Source: the human T2T-CHM13v2.0 reference genome, Homo sapiens. Taken from it: DNA of 64,000 bases. The translations under genes and the position numbers were made by a program. Shown here piece after piece: positions 50,710 to 64,000 of this stretch; within the stretch, counting starts at the first letter, position 1, and each line of letters opens with the position of its first letter. The notes beneath the pieces were generated by a model. The model was not told where the DNA came from. It was given only the letters and a program-made list of their open reading frames with translations, and searched no databases. The DNA lies in the NCBI RefSeq assembly GCF_009914755.1, contig NC_060927.1; one strand, given 5' to 3'.

Positions 50710-52950
50710 ATCAAGAAGATAAGGTGGCAACAGAAAAAAAAATTATTTTAACTTCCTGGAATCTTCTCACCCAAACGAGAAACAAGGGTAGTAAAACAAA
50801 AACCCTATGGACAGCACCTTCAGCACAATTAGGTATCACCATGAACCACAAAATGTGAATAGATGGGGCCAGATGCCAACAGCAGTGACATCTGCATGAT
50901 GTCAGTTCTGTAGGATAAGATGAAGATGAACATAAAGGCAAAGGGAATTCTGAAGATCCAGCACCAGGAAACCCATAAAGCTCTAACATGTACTGGGAGA
51001 GGACTCTCTTTGGGGGTAGAAGCTTAGTGGACCTATCTGAGAACATCACCTCAAATGAGGAGGGGGTCTATGCAGTCTCTAACCCCTAGGTAAGTGGGGG
51101 AGGACTGCAGCAAATTTGGGCAGAGGTCTGGGCCCTGTGAACACTACGCACTAACCAGTTGAGGCTTCATGGATATTAAGGAGAAATTACGGGAAGCAGA
51201 CTCCAAATTGAGCAGGACAGAGACACTAGAGGAAATGAAAGGAGAAATTTTGGATAAGAGTGGGAGAAAAGAATAGAGAGCAATAATTTCAGAAAGTACT
51301 ATCTGTATGGCCATAGTTTTAAAGAGTTTTTGGCAATAAAAGAATAAGGAAAGTTCACACTGCAAGTCTAGAAAAATCTATCCTGGACCACTCTCATTCC
51401 TCTACGCAAGAAAATCCTCTCCTAAGAGTACAGGAAAATCTATCTCGCCTAAACGTGAGCAACAGAAGAGGACTGTGATCAAAACTTATGCAAAGCTGTG
51501 ATAAGGAAAATAATTATGGGGAGAATATTGTCCCAAGGCATTGCACAAAGACAGAACCACAAAACAGTGTAGCACTGAAAGTTAATATTTCAAAACAAGC
51601 TAAAGGAAAATAATAAACCAATAGACACTATGAGGCAAATAGCATACATGAAATTGTCAGACAAAAATACTATTTAAAAAGAGAGCTGACAGGAAGGACA
51701 ACTTACAAAAGAAAAACTATTTCAGAAAAAGTAACTAAAATGAAGGAATAACAGTGAATACAGACCATGGATGATATGACAAAGCAAACAGAAGATGGAA
51801 AGGAGGAAAAATGTAAAAATAAAGTCAGAAAGGAACAAAGACTTTTTAAAGAATGAAAGAAAAAGTGATAGGTATAGAAGGTGAGCAAAGAAGGTCCAAC
51901 ATACATACGAGTCCCCAAAGAAGAGACCCAAAGCAATGGAAGAGAATAAATACAGCAATAATTTTGGGATCTTTTTTCTCCTGAAAGAGAAGAATTGCAC
52001 TTGCATCCTGAAAAAATATACCATGAGCCTGAGAAAATCAACACAGATTAGTCACTGTTGGACTTTAATAAAGTGTAGAACAAAACCTGTTGGACATCCA
52101 AACCAAAAGAATAAGTGCTTTATAAGGGGAAGCAAGTTATATTGGCACCAGACCTTTCTACCACAGCACTTTGTGCCAGAAAGCAACTAAGCAATATATT
52201 CCAGATACTCAGGAAAAGAAAAAGAGAGCCAAGGATTTTATATACAGCCAAATTGCCTTTCGAGTATGAAAGTCACGGATCAACTATTCTAAACATGCAA
52301 GAACTCAGCTAATATTATTTCCTATGAGACTTTCCAGAGGAATTTACTGGAAAACAAGCTACAGATAACAAAATTGACTGGAAAGGTATTAACATAAGGG
52401 CTGGGGGTGATTGTTAAATTCATAGTTACCTATCAAATTCACATTAAGTGATGACTATAAGGAGCCTGGCATGCTGGTGCATGCCTGTAGTCACAGCTAC
52501 TCAGGAGGCTGAGGCAGAAGGATCATGTGAACTCTAGATTTCAAGGCTGCAGTGAGCCATGATCACACCACTGCACTCCAGCCTTGGCAACATAGCAAGA
52601 TCCCATCTCATTCAGTCAATCAGTAAAGGCTATTATGTGATGGTTGTATGTTCTGATAATCTATACAGTGTACTAAAAATTTGAATATAATAACATATAT
52701 ATGAAAAGTATAAAAAGTTTACAGATTGACTTGTAAGTATTAACTGGAAGCAAATGGATATTTCTTCAAATTGGATGCTAGTGGGTAGGGAGGGAAGACA
52801 AATGGAGGCTGTAGCTAATTTCAGTATTCCTCACAGCAGAGAACCAACAGACTGTCAGAAAAGGGGAGGATTAAGCGTATTGTGTAAAGGTGCTGGTTTA
52901 ATGGTGAACATCAGAATAAAAATGACAGACTTTTCCCCATAGAGGTAGGA
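50710..52950 (+). mobile_element. Decayed HAL1/old L1 ORF1-containing element
   Basis: A-rich. ORF 52115-52312 gives LAPDLSTTALCARKQLSNIFQILRKRKREPRILYTAKLPF...NMQEL, similar to the L1 ORF1p C-terminal motifs ARRQW and PRILYPAKLSF. Confidence 0.7.
52463..52620 (+). mobile_element. Free right Alu monomer (FRAM/FAM-like)
   Basis: Single Alu right arm gcctgtagtcacagctactcaggaggctgagg...cactgcactccagcc. Confidence 0.85.
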
Positions 52951-53334
52951 GAGCAAGATGGAAAAATCATTTGAGAACATACCCTTAAAGATTCATGTGA
53001 ATCTTTAAGCCCAACATGCCCTCTTTCATCTCTTCTCCAATCTCAAAAGGTGTGCCTCCTCCAGGCAGCCTTCTCTGATTGCCTTAGCACAAGTTTCTCT
53101 TTCCCCCCATCTGTCTCTCCCAGCTACTGGGCACCTTGTTTTGTGAATGTTTTATCTCACCTGAGGACAGAGACGGAGTGCTATGTAAAATTGAGTGGTA
53201 CTCTTTCAGAGTGTGACACAGGGTTCTGCACAGTATACAGGTGAAGGCACTCAGTGAATGCTGGTCCATCAGTAATTTGGGATTGATTAAAGGATTTGGG
53301 CTCATACCCTCTGGGTTTTTCTAAGAGCTAAATG

Positions 53335-53825
53335 TTGCTATTAGCTTGAGTTTGAAGTGAAAACAATTCAATCCAATGTGACTTAAATAAAAGAGGAATT
53401 TATAGGCCTCTGAAATGAAATGTTCTAGGATAGGTCTGATTTCAGGTCTGATCCAGGGAGTCATGTGCTAATATTGGTCTGCCTTTGCTCTAGACTCTGC
53501 TTTCCTGTGTGTTGGCCTTAATTCTCAGGTAGACTCTTCCTTCATGGCCAGTGATGCCCCCAGCAGTTACAAGCTTAACATCCCCAGCAAAAAAAAAAAA
53601 AAAAAAAAAGTGTCCCATTGACTTGCCTTGCATCATATGCTCATCCATGAACCAGTCACTGTAGCCAAGAAAAATCCTTGGATTGGCCAGGTCTGGGTCA
53701 TGTGGCCAGCCCTGAATCTACCTCTGAGCAGAGAAGAGGTAGCTTTCCAAAGTAAAATTGAGGTGCTGTTACCGAAAAAGGAAAGATGGATGCTAAGTAG
53801 GCAAAAACAGCAGATGTCCATTTCA
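53335..53825 (-). mobile_element. Old MaLR solo LTR (MLT1J-like)
   Basis: ttaaataaaagaggaatttatagg...catgaaccagtcactgtagccaag...gattggccaggtctgggtcatgtg. Confidence 0.6.
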
Positions 53826-55184
53826 GCGTTGATGTGCCCAAAGAGCAAATTGGAAAAAAAAAATACCTGCAAGTGAAAATCATTGGTTTGGGGGACGTAT
53901 CTGGGGCTTGTGGGTCGAAAGCTTTCTTTGGTGTTTTCTAACTCATAGAGCGTTTATTCACCATGTTAGGGGGAGGGTCCACTCCACTGAGTGACGGGGT
54001 TCAGTCAGGATTGGGGAGCCAGCTCTCCCACAACTCTGAGGGCTTTGCTCACTCTGGCCTGCACACTCTGGCCCAGAACAGTGAAAGAGGGACACCTGGT
54101 TTGTGGCACCATTAACAAGTGTGACTGGAGGCCCAGTGTCTGGTCAGGCACTGAGTAGCTCTAAGTTGCCACTGGGATTTGGCCTCCCATTTCCTGGGTC
54201 AGCAGCTGCACTGCTTTTTGCTTCGCCATGTGGCTCACTGGCCTTACTAAGCAGAACAGGCAATCCACTGAGGTAGCAAATGGGGAAACTGAGACAAAGC
54301 GGGAGGAATTAAAAATACAACCACTTCTTCTCAAGTCTTTAACACTTTTTTCTCCACTGGACCTTTCCTACCAACATTTAAGCATCCTTAAGCTTCTACC
54401 ATTTCCAAAAACCTCCCCCAAATTGTATTTACCCTTTTACTACCAGCCTATCTCATACCCCCCACACATCGAAATGTCTGGAGTTTGTTCTTGTCTTTCC
54501 TCTTTCCAGTTTCTCCTACCCCATCTCAGTGCACTCTGGTCTACTGGCATTACCTGCCTCTCCCTGCCCCTGCACTTCATGAAAAAGCTCTCCTTAAGTT
54601 CCTCACAGAGCTCCAAGACCCTAAACCCAGTGATACTATTGTTAGAGGAGAAAAAAATACACTTATTTCTCAGGTTCAGAGGCGGCATTATGATCTTCCA
54701 TTTTAATAGGCAATTTGTTGAATGACTTAACACAGTTGGGCAGACCCACGATAGAATGACTTGTACCATGTAATCCAGTTCTGAAGAGGGAGGAGATACA
54801 GATACTTTGCCTGGAAAGGAAAGAGTTCTGGGGTCCAGTGGGCATGAGTATTTTCTTTTAATCTTTAAAATGCTACCACATGGAGGAGAGGGATGTGGCC
54901 TGCGTGCCCCCAGAACGAGGAAAACAGGAAGAGAGAGTTCATCTCATCTTTAAAAATGTTCTAATAGTCAGAGCTCTCTGAAGAAGAAAGGGTCTGGGTC
55001 AGAAGATAGTGAGCTTCCGGTCACTGGTGGTAAGCAAGCAGAGACTATTCTGTCAGAAGTACTCAGAAGAGAGTCCTGTGTTGAGTGAGAGGTTACACCA
55101 CAGGCCTTCTGAGGCTGATTCCACATTGGAAATTCTGGGACTGAGTGGGCATACATCTCTAGAGGCAGTCCTCCATGGACTTGC

Positions 55185-55690
55185 ATCTGCCACTTTCCAG
55201 CTGTGTGGTTTGGGCACATTACTCAACCTCTCTGTTCCTCAGTCTCCTCAGCTGTAAGAGGGGGCCAATAATAGCACCTACCACATAGGGTTGCTGTGAA
55301 TTTTTTTTTTTTTTTTTTTGAGACAGAGTCTTGCTCCATCACAAAGGCTGGAGTGAAGTGGTGTGATCTGGGCTCACTGTAACCTTCACCTCCCAGTTCA
55401 AGCAATTCTCGTGCCTCAGCCTCCCACGTAGCTGGGATTACAGGCCCCCGCCACCACACCTGGCTAATTTTTGTATTTTTAGTAGAGACAGGGTTTCGCC
55501 ATGTTGGCCAGGCTGCTCTCACCCCCTCCTGACCTCAGGTGATCCACCCACCTCAGCTTCCCAAAGTGCTGGGATTACAGGCATGAGCCACCCACCATGC
55601 CCGGCCGGGTTGCCGTGAATATTCAGTAATGCATGAAGGGCAGTAATGCGTGCTGCCTGTACATTGAGAGGTCAGTAAGTGTTTCCTGTT
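55185..55690 (+). mobile_element. MIR interrupted by an Alu
   Basis: ctgccactttccagctgtgtgg...ctcaacctctctgttcctcagt...atagggttgctgtgaat; the MIR resumes after the Alu. Confidence 0.7.
55302..55606 (-). mobile_element. Alu, AluSx-like
   Basis: Antisense dimer; TSD GGGTTGC(T/C)GTGAAT at 55288-55301 and 55607-55620. Confidence 0.95.
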
Positions 55691-56164
55691 TTATATATTT
55701 AGTGCCAGCCCTGTTCTCCAGATGGCATTTGATACCTAAGCATGAGTCTCATCAGCTGCATTTCGATTTGAGCTCTGGATTTTCCTTGGCAACTTCTAGG
55801 GGCTGGGCTCAAAGGGAGCCCGGGGAAAGTGTTCGAGAAGCCACTGTCATTTCTGTTGTGCATGTCATGCTGTCCACAGCAGTTTTTATCAAAAGGGAGC
55901 TTGGGGACTAGGAAAGTAGTTATCTTGTGTACCACATAGGAAGCCTAGAGGCGGGGAGTCTGTTCTGAAAGGGAGAAGGACATGGTGGGCCTCCCTCACT
56001 CCTCCCCTCCCTGCCACCTTTTATGCTGAGGTCAGCTATGCAAATGTATCACCCTGGACAGAATCTTATGACACTTTTCTCATGGTGGCCTTAATCACAA
56101 GGAAAAGGAAGCATTCATTTTACCTTAAACATGACTTACCTTGCAAGCAGGCACTAGATCCCAG

Positions 56165-56330
56165 GGGCTCATGGTCCTTGTTGCATGAATCCTTGCAACA
56201 GTCCTGGTAGGGAAGTTTCTTCCCTACTTTGCTGATAAGGAAACAGCCTCAGAGAGGTTAAGTAACTTGTCCAGGGTCACACAGCTGAGGCCGGGGTCCT
56301 AAGCATTCAAATTCTTGCTATTCACTGAGC
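56165..56330 (-). mobile_element. MIR SINE
   Basis: gataaggaaacagcctcagagaggttaagtaacttgtccagggtcacacagct. Confidence 0.8.
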
Positions 56331-56478
56331 TATTATTCATAACCTCTGGCAAATTCTGGAATTAATTGAGGACATTTACACTTGATCATGTGGTCCCCAA
56401 GAATAGAACTCTTTTAAAGGGGGTCCTGGGTAGGTTAGGAAGTTTAATTATCCCTTATGGAGTTTTTCTGAAGGGTAG

Positions 56479-56673
<195 letters not shown>

Positions 56674-58111
56674 TGAGCATTTCCCTGGGCCCTGCCAGCT
56701 CTCCACCAAACCCTGAGAGCCCTCTAACCTGCCAGGCTAGTTTATGTTTGTCTGCCCACCTTGCAGGGCCCCAGGAGGAGATAGATAGGCTGTTTGTTGG
56801 CCTCCCACTACCGAAGGGTCAAAGAGTGGGCCACCAAGAAGCTAGGAGAATAGCAAATGTAGTCAGAGTCTCTCTCAGGCTGCAAAGCCAATCCCCCACC
56901 ACTACCGGCATCTCATTCAGGTCTCAGTGCCACCTCGTATGGTAAAGACGTATTCCAGGATGGATAAGTGACTTGCCCCAGTCACAGAGCTAGTATATAC
57001 ACCAAGGGCCTTGTTCTCTCGCCTACTATTTAGAAATCTGCTTCCTGCCCTTCGTACTTGACTGTAGGGTCATCTTCTGCCCCACCTGGGGCCAGTGCCC
57101 CACTTTGCCCCTCAGCCTAACATGTCTCTCTGGCCTCCTGTAGCTGGCTGCACCAGGGCTGGGAGGGGGTTCAGGTGAGGAGGCGAGCCCCAGTGTCTGA
57201 CCCTTGGCTGCCTGGCCTCTCACGCGTGCAGCTTGAGTTCTACAGCAAGGCTGAGTCGTGGAGGGCAGGGGACCTGCCCAAGGTCACCCAGCTCTGTGTG
57301 GTGGAAGTGCTGATCTAGGATGATGGTCAGTCTGTTGAGGTTTCGGTCCACTGGGGTCTCTGCACCCCTGAACTCAGTGCCTGGTACGCAATAGGTTAAT
57401 ATTTCATGGTAGATGGACAGCGCATCTCTTCCTTAGAGTCTGAGAGCTCCTTAAGCAGAGATAAGACCATGGAATCATGACAGTGCAACAATCCCTTACC
57501 ACAGAGTAGTGGAGAAAGGAAGGAAGGTTGCCTTTTTTTTTTTTTTTTTTTAACAAATGGTTCTGAGATAGGATAAGTATTTTGGGGAAATCATCAAATT
57601 AGATTCTCATATATCATCCCATCTTTCCACCATAGTTAAGTGTCAGATTGATTAAAGAGTTAAATATTTTTTAAAAGAAAACCACCCTATAAGTAGGAAT
57701 GAAATACTGATTTCAGAATGGGAAAAGATGTAGAAAACATCAAAAATAATTAAAGAAATCACAAAAGAACTAAGTGGCAGATTGGTCCACATAAATATGG
57801 AGAACATCTAAATTTCTGAAAAGAAACACAAAAACTATTCAAAATAACCACCTCCATAAAGTGAGACTGGGAAGTCAGAGGTGGGGAGGTGGGCTTTTCC
57901 CACTTCCACCTTCTATACAGCTTAAATGGGTGCGTTTTGTTTAGTTTCTTTTGTTTAACTTTGAGTACGTATTGCTTTTATAATTTTTAAAAAATTGTTA
58001 ATACAAATATCATCTACATTATTTTATTTACAAATATGAGAATTTTCTATAAGATTAACGAGCATCCCAACAACGTATGATACACAGGGGGTTTATATCC
58101 ACAATATATAA

Positions 58112-58472
<361 letters not shown>

Positions 58473-60799
58473 AACACACTCTTAAAATATTGAGTGTTTT
58501 TCCCAAGTCCTGTTCAGCATAGGTGAGGGTAGGTGAGCAGATCATGCCATACCCCTGCTGGTGGGACAGGAACTTGGAATTAACCACCACATCACTGGGT
58601 CATCATGTGGCTCGAGTGGCACCATGCATTTGAAAGAACTTTCACCGGTGATAGCGTCCCTCCCACATTACCCCATCTTTGAGACAGGGAAAGTGAAGCT
58701 GGTGGAGGTGGTACCTTGCTAGATGTGGCAGGGCCTTGACTCTGACTGGGGTCTCTCAGTGTCCATTCTGGCCTCCCCACTACATCCTTTCCGAGAGCTA
58801 GCTTAGCGGTCACATTATGAACTCACTTGTTAAGTCGGCAGTGTTTACTGTGTGTCTACTAAGTGTGAGGCCCTGGAATCGGTGCCATGGGAGCTGCAGA
58901 CAGCAGTGGCACAGCCTATAGAGTTTGTAACTTGGGGAAATCAAGACAATGGGGAAGTTAATGTGGGCAGGTCCAACATGCTGAAAAGAGAAGCTATTGT
59001 AGAATCCAGTGTGCCATCAGGCCGCCGTGAGTTCTGCTTCTGGGGTTCTTTGGGTGAGAGGTATTTGGGTGACCGGATGACAATGAGATGCTAAAGACAG
59101 ACAGAGCAGGCTGTCCAGAAGAAGGCATCTAGTTTTGTGGAGGATGTGGGCATGGGGGATGAGAAGTAAAGCTCTTTGTCAGCCATAATGAAAATGTTAA
59201 CCATGGACAGGAAGAGAGAGAGAGGCACCCAGATAGGAAGAACAGCACATGCAGGCTTCCGGGCTGGGCCAAGTCTGACCCCCTTGGGAGTTCTTTCAAA
59301 TGTACACTGTCTGTGTACAGTATCACCCCATCGGTGGCTTACGGTCAGCATGGGGACCTCTGTGCTGGGCCCTTCAGAGATCACTTGGTCACTGTCCCCT
59401 CCAGCTAGGCTGTCAGCACCATGAGGACGTGGGCTGGATGTTCTTGTTGTCTGCTGCATCTCTTGTACTTAGTTTAGTGCTGGCTTCCATGCAGGGCAGT
59501 CAGAAAGAAACCACCCCATTACATAAGCAAGGAGATGGTGGCCCGTGGAGCTCGAGTCCCTTACTCCTGTTCACATTGCCACAGATGGAGCGTGGCTTTT
59601 CACCTGAGTCTTCCTGGCTCTTGCACCCCATTCCTCACTACCAGGGGTGGCCAGCTCTTTCCCAGCTACTGGAGTTGAAGAGGGTTTGGCCAAAACTGCC
59701 TTGTCTCCAGCCTGTGTCTTGGGGCAGTGGCAGCTTCATTCCCCACTGAGTGCGTGGAGGATGTATGCTGTCAGCCATGGGTCCCTTCTGCTTCCCCCTC
59801 CAGCAGGCAGGTTTTATTCCATCTCTCCCATCAGCAGAAGAAAGCAAATCCCCTGGGTGGCAATGCAAAAATTAGAAAATTCATTTTATTTCCTTTTCCA
59901 AATTGTTCTGCAAGTGGGTCTTCTCAACTCCAGTGGAGTAAATTAGTACCCTCTCTCCTGACAGCATAATAGCTTCTGGAGGTCTTAAAAGCCCAGCTCA
60001 GTGCCTGCCGACTTCAAAGCACTGTTACATAAGCGTTTTACCTAGACGTGGGAGCTGGGGAAGGAATTAGAGGGATGGAAATGGGAGCGAGCCAGGCAGG
60101 GAAAATCCTCACTTCCGAAGACACCACTAAGCCCTGTCTGCTTGAAGGGGTGGGTGTTCTGAGGACTGGAGGGGAGGAGGGACTGGTCATGCATGGGGCT
60201 GGAAGGGACCTCAGGTCCCTAAAGAGCTTCTCTGTCTCTCCTTCTGTCTCTCCATAATGTGAGGAAGTCACTCAACAGACCTGTGCAGGAAGATGGGAAT
60301 TTTTTAACAAGGGACAATTTGTTTTTCAACACCTGTGTGGATGCCCAGAGACAATTTTTTAAAGTCAGGATTTGTTCATCTTAATTTTTAGGGTGCATCA
60401 TTTTTGTTTAGCTCCTAGCAAAAGCATGGGCTTTGATCTATGTGACTCATCTCCCTCAGCCTCAGGATTCAGTGAAACCTAGTCCACGGCTGGCATACTG
60501 CAGGTCCTGAAAGCATCACGTGGGAGAATTCCAGAATGGAGAGGCTGTAGACAAAGGCTTTCCTCCCTGGTATCATCCAATGTCCACTATTTGATAAGTC
60601 AGGGCCATTTTGCCTCAGACTTCAGGAAACAGGCACAAGGAGCAGATGTATCCCAACCTTAGGAATAACTAACTCTGCCCTTGCCTGGGCATAGCTGAAT
60701 TTCTTTTTGAGCAGAGGTAAATCAGACTTGCAGATAAAGTCCCCACTTATACCAGCCCAGCCAGCATTCACAGTACCAGAAGAGTTATTTGAAGGGACC

Positions 60800-61205
60800 T
60801 GTATCAGTCATCCATGGCCACAATACTGCTATGTAACAAACAACCCCAGCACACAGGGGTTGACCACAGCAAGTGATTGCTTGTATTGCTCACAAGTCTG
60901 CTGGTCAGCTGAGGAGACTCTCCTGCAGGCTGTAGACTGAAAGACCCTGGGTTTGGCTCCAAGGTCCAAGCCAGGCTCAAGTCAGCTCCACGTGTGTACA
61001 TTCTGGGGTCCAGGCCGAAGGGATAGCAGCTCCCCTGGGGAAGTTCTCATAGAAAATCACAGAAATGATATAGGACAAATCCAATCATGCAAGCCCATCT
61101 CAAGCCTCTGTTTATGTCACATCTGCTAACATCCTGTTGTCCAAAGCAAGTCATGTGGCTAAGCCCAAAGTCAGTGAGGGCAGGGAAATATACTTCACTC
61201 CAAGG
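60800..61205 (-). mobile_element. Old MaLR solo LTR (MLT1H/I-like)
   Basis: tgctatgtaacaaacaacccc...tgctaacatcctgttgtccaaagcaagtcatgtggctaagcccaaagtc. Confidence 0.75.
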
Positions 61206-61399
61206 AAGAAGGTTGTGAGAGTGATTCCTTGCTGAAAAATGATTTGATCTAGCGCAAGGTCAAGAAATTCTGTTATCCAAGCACCTTGTATAGCCAGTGA
61301 GATCAGGTTCGAAGAAAAAATATTGCAGGGAGAATTGGAACCCAAGGCTCTCGACCACCAGTTCAATGCTCTCTCTACTTTACCCTTGATTCCTAGGGT

Positions 61400-61940
61400 C
61401 ATTGCAAGGCAACAGGGTGTTAACAACCAAGAACAACATTAATGTAACCTTTGGTTGCTTTATAAAAACTATGATGTCAGAAGAAGAGGAGGTGAGAGTC
61501 CTGCTGTGTTGTTGAGAATAGTTCTGGATGTGACAATTGAGGAGGGACTGGATAAGCTGGAGTGTATTACAGATTTCAAGCACAATAAGGAATTGGTAAG
61601 GGAACTGGAATGTGTAACACAGAACAAAAAACTCAAGGGGCTATAGGGCCATTATCTTCAGATCTCCCAAGCCTGAAGGAACTCCAGGCTGTTTTGGAGG
61701 GTAAAGCTAACTTTATCAGAGAGAACAAGCATGGGTGAATACAATATGAGAAAGTTCTTAGCACGCTAAGCAGTAAGAGCTGTCCAACAAGGGGAAAGTA
61801 CCACTGGAAAAAATGGCTGGCTCCTCATGCCTGGGTGTGCAAGCAGAGGTCAGCCGGCCACCCGCAGGGATGCCATGGAGGCTAGTCATGCCTCTGGCAG
61901 GAGGTTGAACAAGGTCACCTGGCAGCTCCTCCCCTATAAA
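61400..61940 (+). mobile_element. CR1/L3 LINE remnant
   Basis: Weak resemblance: ggataagctggagtgt...gtaagagctgtccaacaagg...ctgggtgtgcaagcagagg...cagggatgcc. Confidence 0.45.
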
Positions 61941-62785
61941 ATGGGGTATTAACATGGATTGTATGCCTAAGTCTCAGTCCAGGCACTACAGTGGTTGAAA
62001 TTCTAACAGGCTAACTTCCTGACTTGGTGATTTTAGGATGCTGGGCCTGAGGCAGGACAGGCCGGGACTCGAGGGTACCGTCTTCATCTTGACAAAGTTC
62101 CATTGTTTCTAGTCTGATTTCTCCTGGGCCATGGCTTTATGCTGGTGCTTCTTAGCTGGTGAGTCCCCCCGCTCCCAAGAGCAGGGGACAGTCACTGCTC
62201 TGATAAACCTCTCCATGCAAGGGTTCAACCTGGAAGGGGCTGCTCGCTCACAGCAGCAGAGCAGAGCCAGACTGCGGTCTGGCAGATGCTGCTCCAGTAA
62301 ACAGCTTGGCCAGGAAGAATGTCACCATAAAGCCTCTCCCCCGGAGGCTGCCGGAGCTTCAGGTGCAAGGCCCATGGTTTCTCCCCTGGCTGAGAAGCCC
62401 CCATTTCTCCCATGGAGGCTTCTCCTGCCCTCCTTGCTTTGAGCTCCCAGGAATACTTTCCCAGCCTTTCTCTCCTACCAGGGACTTGGAGGAGCGTCGG
62501 TGTGTTTCAGAGTATTTTCTCATTAGTTCTGCATTTTCCCATATGCCAGCCTCCCTTCCCATGCTGGCTCTATGCTTCTGATTCGTGACCTACCTTACCT
62601 TCTAGAAATTCAGGAGAAGCTGTGTGACCATGGGCCAGCCACCTAACCTCTCTGAACCATGAGTGCTCCATCAGAAAAACAGAGCTCCCTGTGCCTGCAC
62701 TTCCCTGCCTGCCTCACAGGACAGCCATGGTGCTCGGGTGGAGAACGTTTGAGCCGTGCACCGGTTCTGCCCGCTCTGACCCTAG

Positions 62786-62983
<198 letters not shown>

Positions 62984-64000
62984 TGATGGTCATCATGGAA
63001 ATGCGATCTTCCTCCTCGGCTCACACATCTCCTGGATTCAGGCCTCAGAAAGGGGCCCCACCATTCATCCACAATCCAGGATCCTGGGAATTACCTAGGA
63101 GGAAAGTCTCGACACCTCCTCCCTCCCAAATCCAAGGCATCCCCGAGTTTTGTAGATGCTGTTGCCCACTTCATTCATTTCTCCCAAGCTTCACCGTCTC
63201 CCCACTAGCCCGGACCACCATCACTGCTCACCTGGATGGCTCAGAAACCTTTCCCTGGACTCTGTGCCTCTGCTGTTGTCACTTCCACTCCATGCTCTAC
63301 CCTGCAGAGGGATTTTTTTTTTTCAAAATGCAAATTTGAACATGTCTTCTCTGATGAAAAGCCTTTCTTGGCTTCTCATAGTGCTGGACTCAGCGTGGCC
63401 ACAAAGCCCTGTGTTGCCCGGCTCCTGTGGCCCCACCAGCCTCACCACCTACGATTCCCCCACACTCACTCGGTCCCACCACAGCGGTCTGCTTCACTTC
63501 TGCAAGTTAACTCTCTCCTCCTCCCTCAGGGCCTTTGCACATGCTTCCCCTTTGCTTGGAGAGCACCTCTCCCTCCCTCCCTTTCCCTGTTCTAGACATA
63601 GAATCACCATGAGTGTGACAGCCTTAAGTATAGATTGACATGTGTTTGTAGCAAACCCACCAAGAGCAGGGTTATCATTGTTTGAGTGATTGTGCAAAAT
63701 GGTGAAAAACTCTTTCCGTGATTTCCATGGTATTTGAATTTCCAGAAAATTAAGTGCATATGAAAAAGTACATAGTTTGTGTTTACATGACAAATGGAGT
63801 CTAACCTCAGATAAGTATAAATAGGTTTTTCACCTACAAGCATGTCCAGTGGGACATATTTTTTAAGACCAGCACAGGGCATCTGGCCTCCCTGGCCTCC
63901 GTCTACTCAAGGCCAGTCCTGCCCCAACTCATTGTGACAACTGACCCACCTCCCTCTCAAGCCCCAGTCCAGGGTGTGGCTATTTAGGTTTGGCATGTGC

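Noticed and set aside
52115-52312. L1 ORF1-like peptide as a possible domesticated gene
   Set aside because: Only 65 codons within a frameshifted, stop-riddled HAL1/L1 relic.

Overview
Primate (most likely human) genomic DNA from the middle of a large + strand gene. Three GT-AG exons (19444-19578, 56569-56672, 62809-62933) splice in frame into the TM5-TM7 region of an SLC6 Na+/Cl- neurotransmitter transporter, and the peptide matches what I recall of GAT-3 (SLC6A11). More than 99% of the window is intron. It is rich in mammalian repeats: Alu, MIR, L2, L1, HAL1, CR1/L3, MaLR and ERVL LTRs, and hAT/Tigger MITEs. The ORF track is essentially noise apart from overlaps with the three exons. I find no new gene or novel multi-gene system. 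The most notable local structures are: an ~885 bp compound (TCCTA)n satellite ~0.9 kb upstream of the first exon; an inverted (twin-primed) L1 whose apparent target-site duplication overlaps that exon's branch-point region; a palindromic CTCF-like site next to a 16-bp hairpin; a 127-bp dispersed duplication; a ~180-bp tandem duplication across an L1 junction; and a full-length antisense THE1 element with DUX4-type motifs in both LTRs. Repeat subfamily names are from memory of consensus sequences, and old-repeat boundaries are approximate.
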